Source: an uncultured Spirochaetales bacterium
Lineage (GTDB): Bacteria > UBP6 > UBA1177 > JAKLFG01
Direction of reading: 5' to 3'
Assembly: GCA_964415795.1 (NCBI GenBank)
Contig: CAYQBN010000001.1
Coordinates: forward strand, 212,164 to 276,163
DNA length: 64,000 bases
This document shows positions 17,920-26,968 of this stretch, piece after piece. The position numbers and the translations under genes are program-made. The first letter of the stretch is position 1; each line of letters starts with the position of its first letter. A model generated the notes under the pieces. That model saw only the letters and a list, made by a program, of their open reading frames with translations. It made no database searches and was not told the DNA's origin.

Positions 17920-17952
17920 AATACGGCAAACAAAGAACGAATTGTCGGCCAA

Positions 17953-17979
17953 TTAACGGTTTGCTAACCGTTCGTTAAC
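17953..17979 (+). promoter_or_regulatory. Pho-box-like repeats facing pstC (TTAAC/CTAAC/TTAAC)
   Basis: TTAACGGTTTG CTAACCGTTCG TTAAC, 11-bp period. Confidence 0.75.
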
Positions 17980-18028
17980 AATCGGCGCCTACTCTGCGAG
18001 TAGTGTTGAAAGAGGAGCATACGGAACC

Positions 18029-18985
18029 GTGCAGGTCGTCAAGCGATACTTCACAGAGCATTTCGAGTCGCTGTTCAAGTGGTTCACGATCTGCTGTGCC
18101 GCGCTCGTGCTTCTCATCATGGCGGCGATGTTCCTGCAACTGGTCTGGAACGCGCGGCTCGCCATCGGGCACTTCGGGATCTCGTTCCTCTGGACCGACC
18201 AGTGGGATCCGGCGACCCATCAGTACGGCGCCCTTTCGAGCATCTACGGAACGCTCGTCTCGACCATCATCGCCATGGTCATCGCGGTCCCGATGAGCGT
18301 CGTCATCGCCCTCTTTCTCGTCGAGCTCGCTCACCCCGTTGTCGCGAAGATCGTCGGCACCGCGATAGAACTGCTCGCCGCGATCCCGAGCATCATCTAC
18401 GGTATGTGGGGACTCTTCGTCTTCGCCCCGATCATGGCAGAGAAGGTGCAGCCATTTCTGCAAGAAACGCTCGGCCTCGAGAAGGTTCCCGGCATCGGAA
18501 AACTCTTTACCGGCGCTCCGATGGGGATCGGCATGCTTACCGCGGGACTCATCCTCGCGCTCATGATACTGCCGTTCATCAGCGCGGTTATGCGCGATGT
18601 CTTCGCGATGGTTCCCTCGGTCGTCAAGGAGTCGGCCTACGGGATGGGATCGACGACATGGGAGGTGACTCGCAAGGTGACGCTCCGTTACGGCATCCAA
18701 GGCATCATCGGCGCCTGCTTCCTCGGGCTCGGCCGCGCGATCGGCGAGACGATGGCGGTCACCTTCGTCATCGGCAACGCCCACAACATTTCGCTTTCGC
18801 TCTATGATCCCGGCAGTTCGATCGCTTCGACGCTCGCCAACGAGTTCGCCGAGGCATCCGAGCCGATCTACCTCCATTCGCTCATCTACCTCGGGCTCGT
18901 GCTCCTCGTGATGACCTTCGTCATTCAGGTGCTCGCCCAGTGGTGGGTGCGGCGGCTCAAGAAGAGCATGGGGGCGGGGCTGTGA
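18029..18985 (+). CDS. pstC: Phosphate ABC transporter permease
   Basis: [34 protein letters not shown]. Confidence 0.95.
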   Translation: MQVVKRYFTEHFESLFKWFTICCAALVLLIMAAMFLQLVWNARLAIGHFGISFLWTDQWDPATHQYGALSSIYGTLVSTIIAMVIAVPMSVVIALFLVELAHPVVAKIVGTAIELLAAIPSIIYGMWGLFVFAPIMAEKVQPFLQETLGLEKVPGIGKLFTGAPMGIGMLTAGLILALMILPFISAVMRDVFAMVPSVVKESAYGMGSTTWEVTRKVTLRYGIQGIIGACFLGLGRAIGETMAVTFVIGNAHNISLSLYDPGSSIASTLANEFAEASEPIYLHSLIYLGLVLLVMTFVIQVLAQWWVRRLKKSMGAGL

Positions 18986-19830
18986 AGAAGGCCGACAACA
19001 TCCGCCGGCGCGAGGCACTCAACCGGACGGTAAGCGTTCTCTCGGGACTCGCCGCGCTCGTCGGCATCTTCTTCCTCGGCTGGATACTCTGGACCGTCAC
19101 GCGACAGGGTCTCGCGGCGTTCGACCTCGAGTTCTTCACGCAACTGCCAGCGCCGCCCGGCATCGAAGGAGGCGGTCTCGCCAACGCGATCGTCGGCACG
19201 GTGCTCATCACGCTCCTCGCGACGCTGATGGGCGTTCCGTTCGGTCTTTTCACCGGTGTCTATCTCTCCGAGTTCGGGAAACATTCCCGTTTCGGCGATC
19301 TCGTCCGGTTCACAATGAACATCACGATGGGAGTCCCCTCGATCATCGTAGGTCTCTTCGTCTATACGATCCTCGTCCTGCCGGTGGGACATTTTTCGGC
19401 CTATGCCGGCGCGGTCGCGCTCGCCATCATCATGCTGCCGGTCGTCGCACGGACGACCGAGGACATGCTCGGGCTCGTTCCGAATGCGCTCCGCGAATCG
19501 GCGCTCGCCATCGGCATGCCGCGCTGGCGCATGATCGTCGCGATACTCTTCCGGGCGGCGCGGTCGGGCCTTCTCACCGGCATCCTGCTCGCCGTGGCGC
19601 GGGTCTCGGGCGAGACGGCGCCGCTCCTCTTCACCGCGATGAGCAGTCCTTACTGGATGAAGGGTCTCGCCGAGCCGACGGCCAATCTTACCGTCACGAT
19701 ATTCAACTACGCCATGAGCCCGTTCGACGATTGGAAGCAACTTGCGTGGGGCGCCTCTCTGCTTATCATGGCGGCGGTGCTCGGCGTGAACATCGCGGCG
19801 CGTGTTCTGTTAAAGGAGAAGAAACGATGA
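18982..19830 (+). CDS. pstA: Phosphate ABC transporter permease
   Basis: [35 protein letters not shown] start overlaps the pstC stop (GTGA). Confidence 0.95.
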   Translation: MKKADNIRRREALNRTVSVLSGLAALVGIFFLGWILWTVTRQGLAAFDLEFFTQLPAPPGIEGGGLANAIVGTVLITLLATLMGVPFGLFTGVYLSEFGKHSRFGDLVRFTMNITMGVPSIIVGLFVYTILVLPVGHFSAYAGAVALAIIMLPVVARTTEDMLGLVPNALRESALAIGMPRWRMIVAILFRAARSGLLTGILLAVARVSGETAPLLFTAMSSPYWMKGLAEPTANLTVTIFNYAMSPFDDWKQLAWGASLLIMAAVLGVNIAARVLLKEKKR

Positions 19831-20621
19831 GCGACACTTCGACTCTTCCTCTCTATGGCACACCGGCCGATCCGACGCCCACGATAGCGGTGCGCGGCCT
19901 CAATTTCTTCTACGGCACCCAGCAGGCGCTCTTCGACAACGATCTCGATATCGCACCGAACCGCGTGACCGCGGTCATCGGCCCCTCGGGGTGCGGCAAG
20001 TCCACCCACCTTCGGGTCTACAACCGCATCTTTGAACTCTACCGCGACCAACGGGCCACCGGCACGGTCTTTCTCAACGGTGAGAACATCTTCGCCATGA
20101 ACCTCCTCGACCTGCGCCGCCGCGTCGGGATGATCTTCCAGAAGCCAACGCCGTTCCCAATGTCGGTCTTCGAGAATGTCGCGTATGGCATCCGGCTCCA
20201 CTACGAGGTTTCCAAAAGCGAACTCGAGGGACGCGTCGAGGCGGCGCTCAAGGGCGCGGCGCTCTGGGAGGAGGTGCGCGACCTGCTCCACAAGCCGGGA
20301 ACGGCGCTCTCGGGCGGCCAGCAGCAGCGGCTCTGCATCGCGCGGGCGATCGCGGTCGAGCCGGAGGTGCTCCTCATGGATGAACCGACGAGCGCGATAG
20401 ACCCCATCGCGACGGCGAAGATCGAGGAACTGGTCGAAAGCCTCAAGAGCCGATTCACCATCGTCATCGTGACCCACAACATGCAACAGGCGGCTCGCAT
20501 CAGCGATTTTACCGCCTTCTTCTTCAAGGGCTACATCGTCGAGTTCGGGGAGACGAGGCAGATATTCACCAACCCGAAAAACAAGAAGACCGAGGAATAT
20601 ATCACCGGACGGTTCGGTTAG
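19827..20621 (+). CDS. pstB: Phosphate ABC transporter ATPase
   Basis: [49 protein letters not shown]. Confidence 0.95.
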   Translation: MSDTSTLPLYGTPADPTPTIAVRGLNFFYGTQQALFDNDLDIAPNRVTAVIGPSGCGKSTHLRVYNRIFELYRDQRATGTVFLNGENIFAMNLLDLRRRVGMIFQKPTPFPMSVFENVAYGIRLHYEVSKSELEGRVEAALKGAALWEEVRDLLHKPGTALSGGQQQRLCIARAIAVEPEVLLMDEPTSAIDPIATAKIEELVESLKSRFTIVIVTHNMQQAARISDFTAFFFKGYIVEFGETRQIFTNPKNKKTEEYITGRFG

Positions 20622-20633
20622 AGGGAGGTTACC

Positions 20634-21305
20634 ATGCCGATGCGTATCCAGCGCGACATCGCAAAACTCAAGACACGGCTCCTCGAGATGGGGCTCAAGA
20701 TAGAGGAGACCTTCGCCCGGGCCGTCCAGTGCGTCCGGGACCGCAACACCCAAATGGCCAGCGCCATCGTCGCAGGAGACCGAGAGATAGACCTCGCCGA
20801 GGTGGACCTCGAGGAGGAGTGCCTCAAGACGCTCGCCCTCAACCAGCCGGTCGCGGGAGATCTGCGGCTCATCGTGACGGTGCTCAAGATAAACAACGAC
20901 CTCGAGCGGATCGGCGATCTCGTCGTCAACATGGCCGAACGGGTCATTACCCTCGCCGCCCATCCCGAGGTGGAACTTCCTTTTGATTTCAGCCGGATGG
21001 CCCACACGGCGCACCTCATGCTCCACGCCTCGATCGAGGCACTCGTGAACCTCGACAAGAGCCGCGCCTACGAAGTTCTTGCCCGCGACGAGGAAATAGA
21101 TACCATGCACCGAGAGATGTACCAGCGGGCGGGGCAGATGTTGCGCGAACGACCGGGACAGGCGGAGATCCTTCTCCATGGCATCGCTCTCTCGCGTTAC
21201 CTCGAACGGATCGCCGACCATGCGACCAACATCGCCGAGGATGTCATCTACCTCGTGGACGGCGAGATCGTGCGGCACCAGGTAAAAGAGGCACCGCATC
21301 AATGA
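20634..21305 (+). CDS. phoU: Phosphate signalling complex protein
   Basis: EEECLKTLALNQPVAGDLR, DLERIGD, YLERIADHATNIAE. Confidence 0.95.
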   Translation: MPMRIQRDIAKLKTRLLEMGLKIEETFARAVQCVRDRNTQMASAIVAGDREIDLAEVDLEEECLKTLALNQPVAGDLRLIVTVLKINNDLERIGDLVVNMAERVITLAAHPEVELPFDFSRMAHTAHLMLHASIEALVNLDKSRAYEVLARDEEIDTMHREMYQRAGQMLRERPGQAEILLHGIALSRYLERIADHATNIAEDVIYLVDGEIVRHQVKEAPHQ

Positions 21306-23056
21306 CCCGAAAACTTTTCTGGAGGCTTTTCTTCTTTCTCACCCTTGCCGCAGGAACCGCGCTCATTCTTTCGGCGATCGTCTCGTGGCGTCTCTTTGAC
21401 CGCTTCACCCGCGAGCAGACCGTCACCGAACTCAAAGAGTCTCTCGTCACCCTCGAGCGGGTGCTTCGCATCGAGGAGGCATACGGTCACGGCGCCTCAT
21501 TCGGCGAAACGGTACGCGACCTCGGGACGCGGCTTGGCATCCGCTTTACCGTCGTCGCTCCCGACGGAGCGGTGCTCGCCGATTCGGAAGAAGATCCATC
21601 GCATATGGCCAATCATGGCGACCGCCCCGAGATCCGCGACGCGCTCGGCGGGATCGTCGGCGTCGCCGCGCGCTACAGCCCTACTCTCAAAACTGAACAA
21701 CTCTATGTTGCCCTTCGGGTCCGCGATGGTGCCGAGACCCGCTTTGTGATACGCGCCTCCAAGACGATTTCGTCGCTTCGAGAAAGCATGCGTCCGCTCA
21801 CCGCCGACCTTCTCTTCGTCACCGTCCTTATTCTCTGCGGCATCTTCGGCATGAGTGTTCTCATCGCCCGCGCCATCAGCAGGCCGATAACGACGCTCCA
21901 GACCGGAGCCGAGCGCTTCGCGGCCGGAGATCTCAGCAGTCGCCTCCCCATACCTGAAACCGAAGAATTCGCGCGGCTCGCCCGGTCGCTCAACACCATG
22001 GCCTCAGAACTCGAGACACGAATCTCCGAGATCACGGCACAGAAGAACGAACTTGAGGCGATCCTCTCGAGCCTCGACGAAGCGCTGGTCCTCGTAGATG
22101 AAAACGAGCAGGTGCTCCGCGTCAACGCCGCCGCCGGCAGGCTCTTTCACACCACTCCTGCGGAGGCCGCCGGCAAGCCGCTCGTCGGGGTGCTCGCCAA
22201 CAAGGCGCTCTACGAGTTCGCCCGGGAGGTCATCACGGCACGGGAGACCCTCGAGCGGGAGATAGACCTCTACGACAGCGAAGGAAAGATGCTCTACGCG
22301 CACGGCGTGCCGGTGGCCAACCGCCCGTGCATATTGCTCGTTTTCACCGACATCACCCGCCTCAAGAAACTCGAGAACATCCGCAAGGAGTTCGTCGCTA
22401 ATGTCTCGCACGAACTGCGCACCCCCATCACCGCGATAAAGGGCTATGTCGAAACCCTCCGCGACGGCGCGCTCGACGATCCGGCGGCGGCGCGCAACTT
22501 CCTCGACATCATCGCGCGCCAGAGCAACCGGCTCGGCGCCATCATCGAAGACCTGCTCGCCCTCTCGAAGATAGAGCGCGACGCCGAACACGGAGAGATC
22601 GTCAAAACGACCTCTCCGGTGAAGCCGGTTCTTCTCGCGGTGGCGCAGACCTTCGCCGAACGAGCCGCAAAGAAGCATATAACCATTGAAGTTCACTGCG
22701 AAGATTCACTCTCCGCCTCCCTCAACGCACCGCTCATCGAGCAGGCGGTCGGCAACCTCGTTGACAACGCCGTCACCTACTCGCACGACGACGGCATCAT
22801 CACCATTGCCGCCCGTGAAGAAGGAAACGACATCGTGATAAGTGTCACCGACACCGGCATCGGCATCGCATCGGAACACCTGCCGCGCCTGTTCGAGCGC
22901 TTCTACCGCGTGGACAAGGCACGGAGCCGTGCCGTCGGCGGAACTGGCCTCGGACTCGCCATCGTCAAGCACATCGTGCTCGCCCACAAAGGCGCCGTAT
23001 CGGTAAAAAGCGAACTGGGGAAAGGCTCGACATTCTCGATACGCCTGCCGCGGTGA
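21302..23056 (+). CDS. phoR: Sensor histidine kinase (HAMP, PAS, HisKA, HATPase)
   Basis: EFVANVSHELRTP, NLVDNA, DTGIGI, FERFYRVDKARSRAVGGTGLGLAIVKH. Confidence 0.9.
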   Translation: MTRKLFWRLFFFLTLAAGTALILSAIVSWRLFDRFTREQTVTELKESLVTLERVLRIEEAYGHGASFGETVRDLGTRLGIRFTVVAPDGAVLADSEEDPSHMANHGDRPEIRDALGGIVGVAARYSPTLKTEQLYVALRVRDGAETRFVIRASKTISSLRESMRPLTADLLFVTVLILCGIFGMSVLIARAISRPITTLQTGAERFAAGDLSSRLPIPETEEFARLARSLNTMASELETRISEITAQKNELEAILSSLDEALVLVDENEQVLRVNAAAGRLFHTTPAEAAGKPLVGVLANKALYEFAREVITARETLEREIDLYDSEGKMLYAHGVPVANRPCILLVFTDITRLKKLENIRKEFVANVSHELRTPITAIKGYVETLRDGALDDPAAARNFLDIIARQSNRLGAIIEDLLALSKIERDAEHGEIVKTTSPVKPVLLAVAQTFAERAAKKHITIEVHCEDSLSASLNAPLIEQAVGNLVDNAVTYSHDDGIITIAAREEGNDIVISVTDTGIGIASEHLPRLFERFYRVDKARSRAVGGTGLGLAIVKHIVLAHKGAVSVKSELGKGSTFSIRLPR

Positions 23057-23120
23057 AACCTTTAGCGTAGAAATAATCAAATAAAATCAAAGTAAAATAT
23101 AAAAGTAGTTATTTATCCTA

Positions 23121-23149
23121 TTGACATATGATTTTGAATATGTTATTAC
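23121..23149 (+). promoter_or_regulatory. Sigma70-like promoter TTGACA-N17-TATTAC with TG extension and AT-rich upstream region
   Basis: Sits at the abrupt AT-rich left edge of the RM island. Confidence 0.6.
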
Positions 23150-23175
23150 ATAGTCTACTTACTATTGAGGTTGTG

Positions 23176-23754
23176 ATGTTTCTCACATTGGACAAGGTAG
23201 CAGAGATAAGAATCGGCTATCAACCGCGCTCCTCCCTCCGGGGAGATACGAGTGGAACCCACCGCTTGGTTTTTGGTAAAAACATCTCTCCAGATGGCAA
23301 ATTGGAGGGTCCTTTTCTCCAGATTGTTCCCGATCGGAAAGCGAATCTCTATGAGGTGCGTCCAAGAGATATCCTTTTCCTTGCGCGCGGGACCGAGCAT
23401 AAGGCCATTTGCATTGATTCCGAGATTGCCCCGAACCTGCTTGCTTCTTCCAACTTCTACATCGTCAGAGTAAAAACGCCGACCGTATTACCGTGCTTTC
23501 TCGCATGGTACATGAACCAAAAACCGGCGCGTGAACATTACGAGATACATGCTGCCGGGGCAACCATTTCCTATATTTCCAAACCGGCCCTCGCCGCGTT
23601 GCCGATTCCGGTCATCCCGATTGAAAAACAACAAGCCATCGTAAAGATTGCTCAGTTACGGGATGAGGAGCGAGTCATCGAACAACACCTGTCGCGGTTG
23701 CGCGATCGCCTCGTCGACAAGCAATGTTTAAAAGCACTTGAACAAGGGAGATAG
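23176..23754 (+). CDS. Half-size HsdS-like protein (single TRD plus helical arm)
   Basis: L..VAEIRIG, GDILF-like RDILFLARG, GATISYISK..LAALPIPVIPIEKQQAIV. ATG 23176 with GAGG RBS. Confidence 0.7.
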   Translation: MFLTLDKVAEIRIGYQPRSSLRGDTSGTHRLVFGKNISPDGKLEGPFLQIVPDRKANLYEVRPRDILFLARGTEHKAICIDSEIAPNLLASSNFYIVRVKTPTVLPCFLAWYMNQKPAREHYEIHAAGATISYISKPALAALPIPVIPIEKQQAIVKIAQLRDEERVIEQHLSRLRDRLVDKQCLKALEQGR

Positions 23755-23756
23755 CA

Positions 23757-25283
23757 ATGAACGGCGCTGAGTACCAAAAGAAGATCAATGACACCGTATG
23801 GCGGGCCTGTGACACCTTTCGAGGTGCGGTCGATCCAGCCGAGTATAAGAACTACATCCTCACCATGCTTTTCATAAAATACATGAGCGATCTGTGGAAA
23901 GACCGTCGTGAAGAGTACGCCAAGAAATATGACGGCGACACGGAACGCATCGAGCGGGCACTTTCCCGGGAACGCTTTGTCGTACCGAACGAGAGCAACT
24001 TTGATTATTTGTATGCTCACCGGGATGCTCCGAATATCGGCGAACTGATAAACATTGCTCTAGAAAAAATCGAAGAAACCAATAAGGCAAAACTTGAAAA
24101 TGTATTTCGAAATGTTGATTTCAACAGTGAAGCGGCTCTAGGGCAAACCAAAGAGCGGAACCGTCGTCTCAAGAACCTTCTCGAAGATTTCAAGGCCCTC
24201 GATCTTCGGCCATCGCACCTTGGCAACCGCGACATCATCGGCGATGCCTACGAATATCTCATTGCGCAGTTCGCGGCAGGCGCTGGCAAGAAAGCGGGAG
24301 AGTTTTACACCCCGCCGGAGGTCTCGACGCTACTCGCCAAACTCGTTGACCCAAAACCGGGCGCCCGCATCTGCGACCCTGCGTGCGGCTCCGGATCGCT
24401 CCTGATCAAGGTGGCGAAAGAGGTCTCCGACAAAAACTTCGCCCTCTTCGGGCAGGAATCGAACGGTTCGACATGGTCACTGTGTCGCATGAACATGTTC
24501 CTGCACGAAATGGACTCGGCCCGCATCGAGTGGGGAGATACGCTGAACAACCCGAAGTTGATAGAAAACGACGAACTCATGCGTTTTGATGTGGTTGTCG
24601 CCAATCCTCCCTTTTCGCTCGAAAAATGGGGGCACGAAAATGCGTCGCACGACCGGTTCAAACGCTTTTGGCGCGGGGTGCCGCCCAAAAGCCGGGGCGA
24701 CTATGCCTTTATCAGCCACATGGTCGAGGTGGCGTTGGCAGGAATCGGCAAGGTCGGCGTCATCGTGCCGCACGGTGTCTTGTTCAGGGGCAGCGCCGAG
24801 GGGACGATCCGGCGAAAATTCATCGAAGAGAACATCCTTGAGGCGGTCATCGGTTTGCCGGAACAACTCTTTTATGGGACCGGTATCCCGACGGCGATCC
24901 TTATTTTCAACAAAGGCCGCAAACCGCGTGACCTCGCGACGACGAAGCGCGACAAGCATATCCTGTTCATCGATGCGAGTCGCGAGTACGAAGACGGCAA
25001 AAAACAGAATCGCCTGCGGCCACAAGATATCGAGAAAATAGTGACCACCTTCCGCGAGTTCAAGGAGATACCGAAGTACTCGCACCTAGCGTCATTCGAC
25101 GAAATCGAAGAGGCGGAGTACAACCTGAACATCCCGCGCTATGTAGATACCTTCGAAGAAGAACCCGATGTGGACATCCCGGTGGTACAAGCCGAAATAA
25201 AGCGCCTCGAGACGGAACTTGCCAAGACACGCGAAGAAATGGACGGGTATCTGAAGGAACTTGGGCTTTATGAAAATCGTTGA
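23757..25283 (+). CDS. hsdM: Type I RM DNA methyltransferase subunit
   Basis: GEFYTPPEV, DPACGSGSLL, VANPPFS, PHGVLFRG, YNLNIPRYV. Confidence 0.97.
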   Translation: MNGAEYQKKINDTVWRACDTFRGAVDPAEYKNYILTMLFIKYMSDLWKDRREEYAKKYDGDTERIERALSRERFVVPNESNFDYLYAHRDAPNIGELINIALEKIEETNKAKLENVFRNVDFNSEAALGQTKERNRRLKNLLEDFKALDLRPSHLGNRDIIGDAYEYLIAQFAAGAGKKAGEFYTPPEVSTLLAKLVDPKPGARICDPACGSGSLLIKVAKEVSDKNFALFGQESNGSTWSLCRMNMFLHEMDSARIEWGDTLNNPKLIENDELMRFDVVVANPPFSLEKWGHENASHDRFKRFWRGVPPKSRGDYAFISHMVEVALAGIGKVGVIVPHGVLFRGSAEGTIRRKFIEENILEAVIGLPEQLFYGTGIPTAILIFNKGRKPRDLATTKRDKHILFIDASREYEDGKKQNRLRPQDIEKIVTTFREFKEIPKYSHLASFDEIEEAEYNLNIPRYVDTFEEEPDVDIPVVQAEIKRLETELAKTREEMDGYLKELGLYENR

Positions 25284-25359
25284 AATACAATAGGTTTGTG
25301 AATACAACAGAAAAATAATTGGCAGATATTATCAATTATTCTTGACAACGGAGGTGGAA

Positions 25360-25695
25360 GTGGATATCCTCTATAGGAATAAGGGGCTAGAAAAGGCATG
25401 TACGGAACAAAAAGAGGCTGTGAAACGGTATGGACCGAACAACCAGAAAAAATTGTTTCAGAGGCTCAGCGAAATTGATGCGGCTGACAACCTCGAGATT
25501 CTCTGCAAAATCCCCGCTGCTCGCTGTCATCCGCTTACGGGCAATCTCAAGGGCCTGTGGGCCGTTGATCTGGTGCATCCGTTTCGTTTGTTGTTCCGCT
25601 TAGTAAAATCTGATGGTACCGATATCGAGGAGGAGGAGATCATTCCGGCATTGGTAGTTGCCGTGATGATTTGGGATATAAAGGACTACCATTAG
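25360..25695 (+). CDS. higB: HigB/RelE-like toxin (plasmid-maintenance killer type)
   Basis: RCHPLTGNLKGLWAVDLVHPFRLLF, C-terminal IKDYH. GTG 25360 with GGAGG RBS. Confidence 0.8.
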   Translation: MDILYRNKGLEKACTEQKEAVKRYGPNNQKKLFQRLSEIDAADNLEILCKIPAARCHPLTGNLKGLWAVDLVHPFRLLFRLVKSDGTDIEEEEIIPALVVAVMIWDIKDYH

Positions 25696-25704
25696 GGGAG
25701 AAAC

Positions 25705-26793
25705 ATGGGCAGAAGAAGTTATCAGCCCGACGATGCGATCGGACCGGGCGCCACGATCCTTGAGACCATAGAGGCGATCAACCTCTCGCAAAAGGAATTG
25801 GCGCTCCGCATGGGGCGCGATGAGGCAACAATCAACAAACTGATCAAAAACGCGCTCGGCATTACTCAGGATACTGCCATTCAGTTGGAAAATGTTCTCG
25901 GCATTCCGGCCTCGTTCTGGATGAATTTGGACCGGAACTATCGAGAGAATCTTGCCCGCATAGAAGAACAGAAGCGACTGGAAGAGGAACGAGCCGTTCT
26001 GGAGCAGTTTTCCTACAATCCTTACCGCGACTTGGTGAACCTCGGCTGGGTTGAATCTTTCAAAGACCCGCAGGATCAAGTAAAAGCACTCTTACGGTTC
26101 TTCGGTGTTCATTCGTTCAGATCCTTGCAGGATGTAGTTTCGGTTGCGTTCAGAAAGGACAAGAAAAAAGAGTGTGAACCGCTCGCCATCGCAGCATGGT
26201 TAAGAAAGGGTGAGTTGTACGGTCGCGAAATCAGGACAGCCCCGTATGATAAGGCCCGATTGACGAATACACTGCCGGAACTGAAAAAACTTTCAAGAGA
26301 AGAACCGGAGGTGTACTCTAAAAAGATTCAAGAACTGTGCGCCGCTTGTGGCGTTGCGGTAGTGTATCTACCACACTTGCCGAAAACCTATGTGAATGGC
26401 GCGACAAAGTGGTTAACGCCGGAACGGGCGCTTATTCTCCTGACGCTGAGAGGAAGGAAAGACGACATTTTCTGGTTCAGCCTTTTCCATGAAATCGGAC
26501 ATGTACTGAAGCATAGCAAGAAGGAAACCTTTGTCTCCTTCGAGAAATGTGTTGAGAAAGACGATTACGAGAAAGAGGCGGATCGTTTCGCAGCCGAGAC
26601 ATTGATTCCTTCCGTTTTGCTTCGATCTTTTGCCAAAAGAGGTGTTTTTACGGCAGAGGCCATAAAGACCTTTGCGAAAAGGGCCGAGGTTGCGCCGTCG
26701 ATAGTGGTCGGGCGGTTGATGCATGAGAAAAAGATTCCGTTCAATAGTCCTTTGAACTCGTTACGAACTACGCTAGAATGGCGTGAAGAATGA
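25705..26793 (+). CDS. higA: HigA-type HTH antitoxin fused to an ImmA/IrrE-like Zn metallopeptidase
   Basis: PGATILE...SQKELALRMG...FWMNL HTH; FHEIGH and EKEADRFA. Confidence 0.85.
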   Translation: MGRRSYQPDDAIGPGATILETIEAINLSQKELALRMGRDEATINKLIKNALGITQDTAIQLENVLGIPASFWMNLDRNYRENLARIEEQKRLEEERAVLEQFSYNPYRDLVNLGWVESFKDPQDQVKALLRFFGVHSFRSLQDVVSVAFRKDKKKECEPLAIAAWLRKGELYGREIRTAPYDKARLTNTLPELKKLSREEPEVYSKKIQELCAACGVAVVYLPHLPKTYVNGATKWLTPERALILLTLRGRKDDIFWFSLFHEIGHVLKHSKKETFVSFEKCVEKDDYEKEADRFAAETLIPSVLLRSFAKRGVFTAEAIKTFAKRAEVAPSIVVGRLMHEKKIPFNSPLNSLRTTLEWREE

Positions 26794-26826
26794 CTTTTGA
26801 TTCTGACGAACCGATTATTTTAGCAA

Positions 26827-26868
26827 ACCCGCCGGGCGCTGGCGAAAGCCAAGCTCACTTCGGCGGGT
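26827..26868 (+). other. Structured intergenic element: outer stem ACCCGCCG/CGGCGGGT enclosing a GCTGGC-GAAA-GCCAAGC stem-loop
   Basis: Base pairing read directly; GNRA-type tetraloop. Function unknown (terminator or ncRNA). Confidence 0.55.
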
Positions 26869-26900
26869 GTCTCATTAATATCAAGATGTTACGGTTGCGA

Positions 26901-26956
26901 TAGACTATGATGGATTATGAGGTGCTATGAGGTGTTATGAGATGCTATGAGATGCA
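26901..26956. repeat. 10-bp tandem repeat, five full units plus a partial (TAGACTATGA, TGGATTATGA, GGTGCTATGA, GGTGTTATGA, GATGCTATGA, GATGCA)
   Basis: Seen directly; abuts the hsdS RBS. Confidence 0.9.
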
Positions 26957-26968
26957 AGGAGTGATCGC

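Noticed and set aside
25360-26793. Calling the TA pair RosmerTA or another named defence system
   Set aside because: The antitoxin architecture (HTH + IrrE-like peptidase) is similar, but the toxin is a standard HigB/RelE type; this cannot be assigned without HMMs.
26901-26956. Tandem repeat as a mini-CRISPR array
   Set aside because: 10-bp contiguous units with no spacers and no cas genes.
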